Below are positions 9,960-20,781 of a stretch of DNA of 64,000 nucleotides, piece by piece (the stretch's first letter is position 1; each line of letters starts with the position of its first letter). The stretch is from Sedimentisphaerales bacterium (lineage in GTDB: Bacteria; Planctomycetota; Phycisphaerae; Sedimentisphaerales; Anaerobacaceae). The stretch covers positions 6,368,001-6,432,000 of the forward strand of contig OY970194.1 in the NCBI GenBank assembly GCA_963708075.1, written 5' to 3'. The translations under genes and the position numbers were made by a program. The notes under the pieces are model-generated. The model saw only the letters and a list, made by a program, of their open reading frames with translations. It searched no databases and was not told the origin of the DNA.

Positions 9960-9986
9960 CGGGGCGGTCTGTGAAAGGCCGCCCCG
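9960..9986. repeat. Hairpin repeat, copy 2, between convergent genes
   Basis: CGGGGCGGTCTGTGAAAGGCCGCCCCG; one mismatch versus copy 1. Confidence 0.7.
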
Positions 9987-10014
9987 GGGTATTTCTACAA
10001 TCTATGTGAGCCCG

Positions 10015-10869
10015 TTAGTCTTTCAACTCGCGGACCCAGATGTTGCGGTAGCGGACGGGGTTGCCGTGGTCCTGGAGTTGGATCGGGCCCTTGTCGCCGT
10101 GGGCCTTGTAGTCGGTGATGGTGTGGGCGTTGATCCAGCCGGTGCCGCCCGTCAGCTCGACGTGGTCTTGGATGAGGACGCCGTTGTGGAAGACGGTGAA
10201 CGTGGCCTTCCGCGTGACCTTGCCATCCTTGTCGAAGAGCGGGCGATGATAGATGATGTCATAGTTTTGCCACTCGCCCGGCTTGCGGCAGGCGTTGACC
10301 AGCGGCACGGCACGGCCGTACAGTGCCCCGCACTGGCCGTCCGGATAGGTCTTGTTCTCATAGGAATCGAGGACCTGGACCTCGTATTGTCCCTGGAGGA
10401 ACACGCCGCTATTGCCGCGACCCTGGCTGGTGCCTTGCACCTTCTCCGGCGTCGCAAACTCTACGTGCAGTTGGCATGAGCCGAATTCCTGCTTCGTCTG
10501 GATGTAGCCGGCGCCTTTGACCGACTCCATGTACCCATCGCCGACGATCCATTTGGAGGGTGCCTTCTCCTTCGTCGTGTCTGTCCAGTTGGCCATGGAT
10601 TCCGGCTTCCCGTCGAAGAGCACAATCGCATCGGAGGGGGGGCTGCTGCGTCTGCCGCCGGGGGTGATGATCGGCGGGGCTGGACGATTCTCATCATGGA
10701 TCATCCACCGGCCCGTCGGTGTCTCCACATACTGGACCGTCGGCTTCTGCTCGGCGGCCGCTGCCGGCTCGACCTTTGCTGCTGCGGGCTTGGCCCCTTC
10801 GTTTGTGGCACATCCGGTGATCATCGCCACCATGCAAATGCCCGCCACCACCAATAACGTCCTGTTCAT
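10015..10869 (-). CDS. DUF1080 / 3-keto-disaccharide hydrolase family lipoprotein
   Basis: Lipobox ITGC; PPSDAIVLFDG, GNSGVFL, YEVQVLDSY, IQLQDHGNPVRYRNIW. Confidence 0.88.
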   Translation of the reverse strand: MNRTLLVVAGICMVAMITGCATNEGAKPAAAKVEPAAAAEQKPTVQYVETPTGRWMIHDENRPAPPIITPGGRRSSPPSDAIVLFDGKPESMANWTDTTKEKAPSKWIVGDGYMESVKGAGYIQTKQEFGSCQLHVEFATPEKVQGTSQGRGNSGVFLQGQYEVQVLDSYENKTYPDGQCGALYGRAVPLVNACRKPGEWQNYDIIYHRPLFDKDGKVTRKATFTVFHNGVLIQDHVELTGGTGWINAHTITDYKAHGDKGPIQLQDHGNPVRYRNIWVRELKD

Positions 10870-10888
10870 GCTTGCTCCTTTTTGCATC

Positions 10889-10916
10889 TACGATTTACAA
10901 GTTACGATTTACGATT
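10889..10916. repeat. Heptamer tandem repeat (TACGATT)x4, imperfect
   Basis: TACGATT TACAAGT TACGATT TACGATT between promoter and RBS. Confidence 0.75.
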
Positions 10917-10952
10917 GTCCCCGGCGGGTCCAAAGCCCGCCACGGGAGCCAG

Positions 10953-10981
10953 ATCATAAGTCGTGACTCAAGGAACGTCAA
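10953..10981 (-). promoter_or_regulatory. Sigma70-type promoter
   Basis: TTGACG-N17-TATGAT on the minus strand upstream of the DUF1080 gene. Confidence 0.6.
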
Positions 10982-11009
10982 TCCCGGGGGCTGGCCTCAT
11001 CACACGAGA

Positions 11010-12801
11010 TCAGTTCTTTGCCTGCTCTACCGCCTTCTCCAACGCTTCGAAGCCGTCCTGCCACTCGTTGAGCCGGGTGACGTTCTTCTTGCGGGCGATG
11101 GCCATGAACTGATCGCAGGTCTCCCTGGCGGATTGCGGCATCGGCCAGTCGGCGGTGGCGATCTTTGCGGCCTCGCGCATTTCGTTCCAGCGTGCGATGA
11201 ATACGTACATCGTCGGAAGCTGGGCCACCTGGACGCGGAATCGCAGGTCGGGACTATCCTGCACTGCCGCCTCGGCCGCTTTCAGGTGCTGCCAGCCGCG
11301 CGAAAGCGTGTCGAAGGAGAGGAACTTGGCGTTGGACTCCTGGAAGCAGCCGAGCCAGTCGCCGCTTTGCTCGACGGCGTCGTGCGTGACCTTCAGGTAC
11401 GCCTTCATGTGCGGTGCGGCGGGGCCGTAGTAGCCATCGATGAACTCATTGGTGAGAGCTTCGCCGTCACGATTGGGGTCCCACAGGAGCTTGGCCAGCA
11501 CCCACGCCCGCAGCTCTGCCATCTCCGCGCCGCTGGTCGTGTAGGCGCCCTGTTCGAAGATGCCCTTGACGTTGTGGTCGGCGAAGAACTTCACATTGGG
11601 GCCGAGGACTCGCAGATTCGGGTGCGGCATGATGTGGTGCCGGAAGTTTGTCGTGTAGTCCCAGATGTAAAGCCGCTGGCTCATCGGGGCCCAACCCACG
11701 ATGTCGTCGCGGAAGGCCTTATTGCGCTCGTCGGCCAGGGGTTTGCAGAAAGAACATTCGATGCTGCACAGTTGGACGATGACATTGTCCCGCGGCTTCG
11801 TGATCTTCGGAGGCTTACGCGTGTATTGATAGGCCAGCGTGCTGATCGCGACGTTCGGGAACTCCTGCTCGATATCGGCGGCGACCGCGTTGACGAATCG
11901 CAACATCAGTCCGGCCGGGCTGCCTTCCTCCTGCTCGATTGCAGCGCAGTTCTTGCACTTGCAGTTGCCGATCCAATCGTTTTGGGAGACCGATGCGATG
12001 GTCGCGGCCGGATTGTTCCGCAGCCGTTCCTTGAGGTTCTTGACCAGCTCCTTACGCATCTCTTCGTTAGTAAGACACAGTTGTGCATGATCGGTCGTCC
12101 GCTTGCCGTCGATCTCGCTGAACCACTCGGGATGGTCTGCGAAATACTTCTGCGGCGGGATCAGCGGGTAGAACGTGTGCACGAATCCTTCGTAGATGTG
12201 CTTACCGCCGTGCTTGGCCTCCAGGCGATGCGCCTGGCCGTTGCCCTTGTTCCGTGCCGCCCAGTTGCCGTCGAACGCATCGAACCAGAAGGGCGAGCGG
12301 TACTCCAGCACCGGTACGTACCGGACGTTCAACCCATCGATAGTGACCGTCGGCCTGGCGGGAATGGTACTCTCCGTGGACGACCACCAGCGGCAGCCCA
12401 ACTGGTCCTCAAGGAACGTGTAAACCGCATAGAGTGTCCCTCGTGGCTGTCCACCCGCGAGGACCAGATCGTCGCCGATGGTCCTGATGATGATGCCTTC
12501 CGCCCCGAGCCCATCCATCGAGAACCTGCTCATTGGCCCATTTCGCCGCCGCCGGTCCGACGAAGATGCAGGAAGCATCTTGCTTCTCCTGGCTGGCGGA
12601 TTCAAACTTCGCGCCGGTGATCTTCCCGAGGAACTCCCCAAGCTCTTTAGCCGCATACTGCTCCGGCTCCGGCGCATCCGCGGCAATCACGATGACGGCC
12701 TTTGCCTGGCCATCCTGCGAGATCGTCACAGCCGACAGCCCCAGCGACGTGCCAAGAGCGATGATAGCGAACGCACACCAGATTCGTCTTCTGCTCAGCA
12801 T
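11010..12801 (-). CDS. DUF4838 family secreted protein, apparent 1-bp insertion at ~12525
   Basis: Signal peptide and N-domain in ORF 12409..12801 join GLGAEGIIIRT..RGTLYAVYTFLED..QLCLTNEE..WDY in ORF 11010..12686; removing one G restores ANEQFSMDGLG. Confidence 0.8.
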
Positions 12802-12846
12802 GGTCTGTCACCTCCGAAGATTCCAGATTTCCACGAACATCATCAG

Positions 12847-14334
12847 CTACGTTGCCCGGTCCCACTCGCGACAAAGGCCTTCGAGATACTCCGTCACATC
12901 GGCGGATTCGGGCTTGCCGTAGAGGTTGACCTTTTCACCAGGATCGTTCTTGAGATTGTACAGGGCCCCGTCCTTGTCCGCCACCCGCTCGTCCATGAAC
13001 CAGATGAGCTTCCATTCCTTCGTGCGGACCATGATGCGCCGGCCGGTGTTGACCCGCAGTTCGTCGTACATGGACATGCTGTGGTCGATCTCGCAGAAAC
13101 ACGCCTCGCGCCACTCGGTGACGTCGCCTCGGATCAGGGGCATCAGGCTGCGGCCGTCGATCGTGTCGGGCACTCTCAGGCCGCTCAGGTCCATCAGTGT
13201 GGGGACAAAATCGAGCATTTCCACCGGCTCTTTGATGACTCTGCCCTTTGGCAGCAGGGCGGGGCAGCTCAGAATCAGCGGCGCCTTGACGTTGTCATCG
13301 TACAAGACGCGCTTCTTCCAGAGCCCGTGTTCGCCCAATTGCCAGCCCTGGTCGGAGTTGATCGCGATGATTGTGTTGTCCAGTTCGCCGACTTTCTTCA
13401 GATGATCTACGAGCCGGCCCACCTGGGCATCGACCAGCGAGACCATACCATAATAGGTGCCTCGCGCGATGCCGATCTGCTCGCGCGTCAGGTCCAGCCC
13501 GCCGGAATATACGCGCAACTGCTCCCGCTCGAATCGGGGCTTGCTCTTCAATTCCTCCTCGGTCGGCAGCGGCAGGTCGATTTTTGCCGGATCGATGAAA
13601 TAGGATTGCGGCACGAGGCACGGCACGTGTGGGGCGTGGAACGAGACGCGCAGGAAGAACGGCTCGCCTTTGTCGAGTAATCCCTTGAGGGTATCGAGGG
13701 CCAGGTCGCCGAGCTTGCCTGTGGTGACCTCGTGTGGCTCCAGTGGCACGGTCCCGCCGATGGCCCAGCCGTGCGTTTTCGTCACGACCTCGGGGTACTT
13801 GCTGCCGGCCTCTTTCAGCCGTGCCCTGATCTTCTCATCTCGTGGCTGGCCGGTGGCATCGAAGTCGACGGGAACGTCCTTCTGATAACCCCAGTCCCGC
13901 TGATAGACATGAGTCTTGCCGATGTTGATGGGCTGGATGCCGATCTCTTTCCAGGCATTGAGCAGGTTCGGGACATCGTGAGCCGTCTTCATATAGGCCG
14001 GCTCGACGGCGGCGGGCTTGCCCATGGCGGTTACGCCGAAGGTGTGCGGGTAGTGGCCTGATTTCATGGATATGCGTGATGGGACGCAGACAGGATTCTG
14101 CACGATGGCGGTTTCGAAGCGAACGCCGTTGGCGGCGATGGCGTCCATGTGCGGCGTCCTGGCCCAGCTTCGCCCGTAACAGGCGATGGTATCTGCCCGC
14201 CCATCGTCCATCATGATCCAGAGGATGTTCGGCCGCCGGGTGTTTGAATTGCTGTCTGCGAGGAGCCGGCTTGCCCCTGCGCTGCAGGCGAGCCCTGCTA
14301 CAACGCCGGTCTTGATGAACTCGCGTCGATCCAT
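12847..14334 (-). CDS. Formylglycine-dependent sulfatase with Tat signal
   Basis: MDRREFIK Tat motif, RPNILWIMMDD, CVPSR signature, SDQG..GEHG..KK, LYNLKNDPGE. Confidence 0.92.
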   Translation of the reverse strand: MDRREFIKTGVVAGLACSAGASRLLADSNSNTRRPNILWIMMDDGRADTIACYGRSWARTPHMDAIAANGVRFETAIVQNPVCVPSRISMKSGHYPHTFGVTAMGKPAAVEPAYMKTAHDVPNLLNAWKEIGIQPINIGKTHVYQRDWGYQKDVPVDFDATGQPRDEKIRARLKEAGSKYPEVVTKTHGWAIGGTVPLEPHEVTTGKLGDLALDTLKGLLDKGEPFFLRVSFHAPHVPCLVPQSYFIDPAKIDLPLPTEEELKSKPRFEREQLRVYSGGLDLTREQIGIARGTYYGMVSLVDAQVGRLVDHLKKVGELDNTIIAINSDQGWQLGEHGLWKKRVLYDDNVKAPLILSCPALLPKGRVIKEPVEMLDFVPTLMDLSGLRVPDTIDGRSLMPLIRGDVTEWREACFCEIDHSMSMYDELRVNTGRRIMVRTKEWKLIWFMDERVADKDGALYNLKNDPGEKVNLYGKPESADVTEYLEGLCREWDRAT

Positions 14335-14361
14335 TCCTGGCCTCCGGAACTGGTCCATTCG

Positions 14362-14397
14362 ATAGGACGTATAGGACCGATAAGACCTATAGGACCT
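14362..14397. repeat. 9-bp tandem repeat (ATAGGACCT)x4, imperfect
   Basis: ATAGGACGT ATAGGACCG ATAAGACCT ATAGGACCT between ccsA and the sulfatase. Confidence 0.8.
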
Positions 14398-14411
14398 ATC
14401 CTTGCTGCCGC

Positions 14412-15206
14412 TCAGGTCGCGTAGCTGTGCAGGCCCGGGAACAGCCTGGACAGGTTGACCCAGAGCAGCGTGATTATGATAGCCGCCATGCCCGTGATTG
14501 CCCAGAGGCTGTTGATGCGAGAATGGATTTTGCCGAACATGTACCGCCAGTGGAAATAGCCGACGTACACCAGCCACGAGGCGAGCGACCAGAGTTCCTT
14601 CGGGTCCCAGCCCCAGTAGTCGCCCCAGGCGAGCTTGCCCCACCAACTGCCGAGGATGAGCCCGAGCGTCAGCAGGGGAAAGCCGATGGCGACCAGCTCG
14701 TACGTCGCCTGCTCCGTCGGCAGCAAGGTCCCGCTCGTCACGGGCCTCCTGCCGAGCAGTTGCTCGCCGGCTTGAAAGGCCGCCTTGGCCATAATCATGT
14801 AGGCGAGCATGTACACCGCCACATGCGGGGCAAACAGCCAGCTCTGCAGGGCCGGCGGAAGCTGCATCGGCTGAGCATTGAAGACAAAGCCGGCGGGAAC
14901 GAGCACGATGGCCCCGATGAGCATGTCCGCCCACTGGCCGCCGATCCGCAGAATATCCCGGCAGAACCGGGAGATTGGGTAGCAGACCATTCCGAGAAAG
15001 AGAAAAACCTCAAAGAGGTTTTGCAGGGGCACATGCCGCACGTCGTACCAGCGGTAGATGTAGGACAAGACCGCCAGGAGGAAGCCGGCGAAGAAGATGA
15101 GGCGGCCGGCCCGCGCCTGCCTCGCCACCGTGGCGATAAACGCCAGCAGATACGCGGCGATCGTTATATAGATGAGCAGACCTTGGGTTGTGTATTTGAT
15201 TTCCAT
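14412..15206 (-). CDS. ccsA: Cytochrome c biogenesis protein CcsA (system II)
   Basis: PLQNLFE, LPPALQSWLFAPHV, WWD motif WGDYWGWDPKE, C-terminal GLHSYA. Confidence 0.93.
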   Translation of the reverse strand: MEIKYTTQGLLIYITIAAYLLAFIATVARQARAGRLIFFAGFLLAVLSYIYRWYDVRHVPLQNLFEVFLFLGMVCYPISRFCRDILRIGGQWADMLIGAIVLVPAGFVFNAQPMQLPPALQSWLFAPHVAVYMLAYMIMAKAAFQAGEQLLGRRPVTSGTLLPTEQATYELVAIGFPLLTLGLILGSWWGKLAWGDYWGWDPKELWSLASWLVYVGYFHWRYMFGKIHSRINSLWAITGMAAIIITLLWVNLSRLFPGLHSYAT

Positions 15207-15215
15207 AAGAGCCTG

Positions 15216-16259
15216 TTATCCGTGCTCCGCCTGCGGTGTAATCATCCGACGGGTCTTGATTGCGATCAGCGTCCGGCGGCCCCAGAAGTGCCAGAAGACC
15301 CCGGCGATCAGCATGACATAGCCGCCATAAACGACGTTCAAGCCGGAATCGGAGACCACCTGCAGGATCGTGTATTGCCCGGCGGCATCTTCATCGAGCG
15401 AATGCTGATAGAGATGATAGCCGCCATAGTGGAGCGGGTGGTTGACCTCGACGGCCTTTGCCGCGACTGTCTTGCCGTCCACGACGATCTCGACCTCGCT
15501 GATGTAATCCTTGATCGTCCTTCGATACGTCGGCTCAAATCCGACGGCCTCCGGGAAAACCGGCGCGAAATTCTCAAAGATGTATCCCGCCGTGACGGTC
15601 CCATCGGGTTTTTCAACCAGGACTTGGACAGCCGGATTGGAGTCGCCGGGGGCGTCGTAGGGCACCTGCTTGCCATCCTCGACACGGAGCTTGAAGTTAG
15701 CGAAGGACTTCTGCACGGTGATTTTGCCTAATTCGCCCAGCGACACCTGGGCGCCGGGCTTTGCCGGGAGCCTCCAGACCTGCCCCTCGCGACCACGGAT
15801 GATGATTTCGCCCGGCTCGTAGTACTCCATGCGAAAGTCCTTGAGTCTGACGGCGAAACGCAACTCCCGGACGCTGTTGCTGTCTTCAACGACGACGTGG
15901 CTTATCGGCGCCTGGTCGCCGATTTTCAGCCGCAACTGGCCTCGCACCACCTTATCGATGCCGAAGAGCTGTTTCTGCATGACGTGTCCGGCCTTTGAAC
16001 CCCACATGCCGCCGAGCAGGATGAGGATACAGCCGAGGTGCGTCAGCAACAGCGAGGGGATCTGCAAAAGCCGGCGAAAGACCGCAAGCCCGACGATCAG
16101 CAAGGCCGTCAGCGCGAACCAGTAGACCGCCAGCGGCAACGAGTTGAAGAACGCCTGCGCCCGGTCGGCGCCGAGAAACGCGCCGTAAATTGACAGCAGA
16201 GTCAGCCATATGACGGCTATCAAAGCGGCCCAGAGCACGGCCCGCCTGAATCGGCTCAT
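15216..16259 (-). CDS. Cytochrome c biogenesis protein ResB/CcsB-like
   Basis: TM helices with HLG, VEVNHPLHYGGYHLYQ, DSGLNVVYGG; directly upstream of ccsA. Confidence 0.85.
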   Translation of the reverse strand: MSRFRRAVLWAALIAVIWLTLLSIYGAFLGADRAQAFFNSLPLAVYWFALTALLIVGLAVFRRLLQIPSLLLTHLGCILILLGGMWGSKAGHVMQKQLFGIDKVVRGQLRLKIGDQAPISHVVVEDSNSVRELRFAVRLKDFRMEYYEPGEIIIRGREGQVWRLPAKPGAQVSLGELGKITVQKSFANFKLRVEDGKQVPYDAPGDSNPAVQVLVEKPDGTVTAGYIFENFAPVFPEAVGFEPTYRRTIKDYISEVEIVVDGKTVAAKAVEVNHPLHYGGYHLYQHSLDEDAAGQYTILQVVSDSGLNVVYGGYVMLIAGVFWHFWGRRTLIAIKTRRMITPQAEHG

Positions 16260-16511
16260 TTGATCTCCTTGAAACTCCAGCCAGATACTTTATGGGCTAA
16301 CCTATTACCCGAAAACCGGATTTGTTCGCAAGTTTATTCATCCGCCGTGGACAGCACCTCTTTGTGGCTCGGAGAATCCCGTATACAGCACTGCCCGGCG
16401 ATACGCATTTAGCATGCGGCCATTTGCGGGATTCACCTATGACTTGTTCCGCTGAATATGGATAGAAATGAGGCGGGACAAATCACTTGTGCGTGTCGGA
16501 AAGGAAAAATC

Positions 16512-17951
16512 ATGACTGCTGACTTTACATCTCCCAAAATGCGGAATCGTCGTTCCTATCGCTCCTCTTATGTCTGGACAACTGCGGGCATTGTGCTTAC
16601 CTCACTGATGCTTTGCGCAATCAGTATCGACTCGGCATGGTCGCAGTCCTCTCCGCGGCCGGAGCGGGTGCCTCCCACGGAGCAATCCCGTAAATCACGG
16701 CCCGAGCCAAAGAAGGAGAAGAAGGCGCCCCCGAGACGCGTGGCGCACGGGTCGGAGAACATGATCGAGCAGGGCAGGCAAATTTTCCGGTACGACACCT
16801 TCGGGGATGAAGCGTTTTGGGGAGAGACTCTGCGGCTGCATGAGGCCGTCGCCAAGCTTCCTCCGAGCAAGGCTCTGGAACTCGGTCTGAAGGTCGATGC
16901 CGAGGCGCTGCCCTCTGATGTCGTTCAACAGTTGAAAGCGGGCAAGCTGAACCTGAACGATCCGGCGGTCACTCTGACGCTGCTGAAATTGAATGCCGTG
17001 GTGGGTGTGACGGGCCATTTGGACCCGACCGGCAAGCACCTTGCGTCGATAGGGATTCAGTGTGCTTTGTGTCATTCCACCGTGGATGACTCCGCAGCCC
17101 CTGGTATTGGGCGCCGGCTTGACGGGTGGCCCAACCGCGACTTGAACGTTGGAGCGATTGTGGCGTCCGTGCCCGACCTGAGCTTTTTCACCAAACTGTT
17201 CCAACTCCCCCCCGAGAAAGTGCGTGAAGTGTTGATGGCCTGGGGTCCGGGCAAATTCGACGCGATCCTGGTGCTGGATGGCAAGGGCTTTCGCCCGGAT
17301 GGCAAGACGGCCGCCGTGCTGCTCCCGCCCGCCTATGGACTGACCGGCGTGAACCTGCACACGTGGACGGGCTGGGGCTCCGTTCCCTACTGGAATGCCT
17401 TCGTCGCCAACATCGAGATGCGTGGCAAAGGCGTGTTTCACGATTCGCGGCTGAACGACAAGAAATTCCCGATCTCTTCCGCCCACCCGGAGACCTTCGG
17501 TGAAAAGAAGGATGAGACGGACCTGATCACGCCCAAGCTGGCCGCCCTTCACATGTACCAGTTGTCTTTGACGCCTCCCGTTCCGCCCAAAGGCACATTC
17601 GATCCCGCCGCGGCAGATCGCGGCCGGCAGTTGTTCAATGGGAAGGCCCGCTGCGCCTCCTGCCATGTGCCCCCAATCTTCACGGATCCCGGCTTCAATA
17701 TGCATACGCCGGAAGAGATCGGCATCGACTCCTTCCAGGCGGACCGCTCGCCCAGCCAGCGAGCCATGTACCGCACGGCGCCGCTCGGCGGCTTGTGGGC
17801 GCGCCAAAAAGGCGGGTTCTACCACGACGGACGCTTCCCAACGTTGCTGGATGTGATCAACCACTACATCCCTGTCCTCAAGACCGAGCTAAGCGACGCG
17901 GAGAAGCAGGAGTTGGTTCAGTACCTGCTGTCTCTGCCGACCGAACCCTAA
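16512..17951 (+). CDS. Secreted diheme c-type cytochrome (cytochrome c peroxidase/RoxA-like superfamily)
   Basis: Signal peptide, CALCH and CASCH motifs, RGRQLF before heme 2, YRTAPLGGLW..GFYHDG. Confidence 0.8.
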   Translation: MTADFTSPKMRNRRSYRSSYVWTTAGIVLTSLMLCAISIDSAWSQSSPRPERVPPTEQSRKSRPEPKKEKKAPPRRVAHGSENMIEQGRQIFRYDTFGDEAFWGETLRLHEAVAKLPPSKALELGLKVDAEALPSDVVQQLKAGKLNLNDPAVTLTLLKLNAVVGVTGHLDPTGKHLASIGIQCALCHSTVDDSAAPGIGRRLDGWPNRDLNVGAIVASVPDLSFFTKLFQLPPEKVREVLMAWGPGKFDAILVLDGKGFRPDGKTAAVLLPPAYGLTGVNLHTWTGWGSVPYWNAFVANIEMRGKGVFHDSRLNDKKFPISSAHPETFGEKKDETDLITPKLAALHMYQLSLTPPVPPKGTFDPAAADRGRQLFNGKARCASCHVPPIFTDPGFNMHTPEEIGIDSFQADRSPSQRAMYRTAPLGGLWARQKGGFYHDGRFPTLLDVINHYIPVLKTELSDAEKQELVQYLLSLPTEP

Positions 17952-18141
17952 TATGGTGAGACAGGCCCGTTCTCGGCATCAATAGGCTCAAACGACAGCC
18001 CAGCGGACTTGATTGTGGGCGTCGCCTGCGGTAAACTGGCCGCGGGCGGTATGCGTGTCCGGTACTGGCCCATCGTCCGGCAGTTGGAGGCCGTCGATTC
18101 GGCCCACAAGAGGTTTTCCTTTTCCGGGATAGAAGCACAGA

Positions 18142-19094
18142 ATGAAAAAACTGTTAACCGTTGCGACGCGCCGGGGAGATCTGGCTATGGTGCAGACCCG
18201 TGGCGTCATCGCCGCACTGAAGGCGAAGCATCCGGAAGTCGAGATCGGCATCAAGGAGATCACGACCGCCGGCGATAAGGATCGTCGTACCGCCCTGTGG
18301 GACCTGAAGGACACGGGCTTCTTCACATCGCAACTGGAAGAGGCGTTGCTGGCCGGCGAGGCGGATTTCGCCGTGCACAGCTTCAAGGATTTGCCGACGC
18401 ACCAGCCCGAGGGTCTGACCGTGACGGCCATTTGCGACCGGCGATGGCCCGAGGACAGTTTGCTGGCCAAGCAGCCGGTCAGTTCCATCGATGATTTGCC
18501 TCGCTCGGCCCGCGTGGGAACATCGAGCCTGCGGCGTGCGGCGCAATTGCGGCACCTGCGGCCGGACCTTGAACTGGTGCCCCTTCGTGGCAACGTCCAG
18601 ACGCGGATCAGGAAGCTCCATACCACCGACCTTGACGCCATCATTCTGGCGCGGGCGGGCCTGGAGCGGCTGGGACTGGCCGACCAGATCTCCGTCATCT
18701 TTGACCCCCGGCAATTCATCCCGGCCCCGGCCCAGGGGCGCTGGCGATCCAGACAAGAAGCGATGACAAGGAGACTGTGGCGGTCGTGGGGTCCATAGAC
18801 GATGAGCTGTCCAGGGCTCTCGCATCGGCAGAACGGCAGGTCCTCGCCACGATGCAGTGCGGCTGCCATGCCCCGGTGGGGGCTTTTGCGGAATCCCGCA
18901 ATGGCACGATGGAGCTCCATGCGTTCCTGTCGGACGTCGAGGGTCGCAACATCATCAAGCGGCAGACGAGCGGCCCGATAGCCCAGGCACTGCAATTGGG
19001 GGAACGACTTGCAGACGAGTTGCTCGACGCGGGCGGCCGGGAGATTCTTCGTGAGCTCGAAAAGGAGCAAGGCATAAATGAACGCGGGAGCTAA
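18142..19094 (+). CDS. hemC: Hydroxymethylbilane synthase, apparent 1-bp deletion at ~18735
   Basis: ATRRGDLAMVQ, AVHSFKDLP, VGTSSLRR, LRGNVQTR, PAPAQG then continues in another frame to AER..GCHAPVG. Confidence 0.92.
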
Positions 19095-20606
19095 GAAAGG
19101 CATGGCGTACCTGGTCGGCGCCGGGCCCGGGCGGACGGACCTGATCACACTGCGCGGGGCCGAGCTGCTCCGAATCGCCGACTGCATCATCGTTGACAAG
19201 CTGGCCAACCCGGCCCTGCTGGAGCTTGCCCGCAAGGACGCCGAGATTATCCACGTGCCCAAGCGGATCGGTCCCGGCTCGTTCACGCAGGACCAGATCA
19301 ACCAGATTCTCGTGGCCAAAGCACTGGAGGGCAAAATCGTCATCCGGCTCAAAGGCGGCGACCCGTGCATCTTCGGCCGATGTACGGAAGAGGCCGTCCT
19401 GTTGAATGAAGCCGGCGTCGATTTCGAGATCGTCCCGGGCATCACCGCCGCCATCGCCGCCTCCGAGTACACGGGCATCATGCTCACCGACCGTCGGTAC
19501 AGCTCGCAAGTGGCGTTCATCACCGGCCGCGAGGCCGAGGGCAAGGAGGATAGCAACATCGACTGGAACGTGCTGGCGCACTTTCCCGGCACGCTCGTGT
19601 TCTACATGGGCATCGGTACATTGCCCACAATTTCCGAGCAATTGATGGCCAACGGCAGGTCGGGCGAGACCCCGGTGGCGCTTGTAGCGAACGCGACCTT
19701 GCCGGGCCAGAGGGTCGTGCGGGCGACGCTGAGCGGGATCGTCGAGACGTGCAGCCGCGAGAAGATCGAGCCGCCGGCCCTGATCATTGTCGGCGAAGCG
19801 GCCCGCGGCGAGGCCGGCCTGAACTGGTTCATGCGAAAGCCCCTGTTCGGACACACGGTCCTTGTGACACGCGATACGGAAGGCAACTCCGAAGTGTCGC
19901 AGAAGATCGTCGCCCGCGGCGGAAATCCGGTGGAGTTTGCCACGATCGGGATCAAACCGATGACCGACCGTGACGAGTTCCTCCGAGTGCTGACGGAACT
20001 GACCGGCTGTGACTGGGTGATCTTCACGAGTCCAAACGGCGTCACCGTTTTCTTCGATGCGTTAGATGCTCTCGGCAAGGACGCAAGGGTCTTCGGCCCG
20101 GTCCGATTGGCGGCACTGGGTGATAAGACCGCCGCAAGCCTGGCGCGATACGGGATCAAAGCGGATTTCGTCCCGACCGTCTTCACGGGATACGAGCTTG
20201 GCGTTCAGCTTGCCGCCCTGGCGAATCTCCATGAGAAGAAGGTCCTGCTGTTGCGTTCGGAGCTGGCCTCGAAGGAGCTTGTGGAGGTCCTGCAGCAGGC
20301 GGGGCGCAGGTGCGCGATGTCCCGATTTACACGGCCGTGGCGCAGCAGGGCGATGCGGCGGGTCTCGAAGAGCAGATTCGTCAGGGCCGGATTCGCTGGC
20401 TGACCTTCGCCAGCCCATCCGCCGTCCGATCCTTCTTCGAGCAGGTTCGGCCGGAGGCGGTCAACACGGGCAGCGCGAAGGTCGCCTCTATCGGGCCCGT
20501 GACGTCTAAGGAGTTGATCAGGCTCGGCGTCCGAATCGACGTCGAAGCGACCGAGCACACGACCGACGGTATGTTCGACGCCATCGAGAACGCCGAACGC
20601 AGTTGA
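19078..20606 (+). CDS. cobA: Uroporphyrinogen-III C-methyltransferase / synthase fusion (CobA-HemD), apparent 1-bp deletion at ~20301
   Basis: LVGAGPG..LITLRG, RLKGGDP, VPGITA; HemD part KPLFG..VTR, FTSPNGV, then TFASPSAV..ASIGPVT in ORF 20310..20606. Confidence 0.92.
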
Positions 20607-20636
20607 AATCAAAGGTGTTTGTCGCGCCCAAGGTGT

Positions 20637-20707
20637 GGGTGCCATGCTTACGCTCGCGTAAGCATGTCTTAGCGTCGCATGTCCACGCAAGCGTGGACAT
20701 GGCACCC
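20637..20707. repeat. REP doublet (REPIN-like)
   Basis: GGGTGCCATG...CATGGCACCC outer stem enclosing hairpins CATGCTTACGCTCGCGTAAGCATG and CATGTCCACGCAAGCGTGGACATG. Confidence 0.8.
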
Positions 20708-20781
20708 AGTTGTTTGGGTGGCAGCGACAAGCGGGAGCTTGCCGATGGTCCTTTGCTATGAATGTTGATGGAGTATAGCAC

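Noticed and set aside
12847..14934. 695-aa version of the sulfatase
   Set aside because: The extension overlaps ccsA in another frame; the Tat motif and GGAGG RBS define the start at 14334
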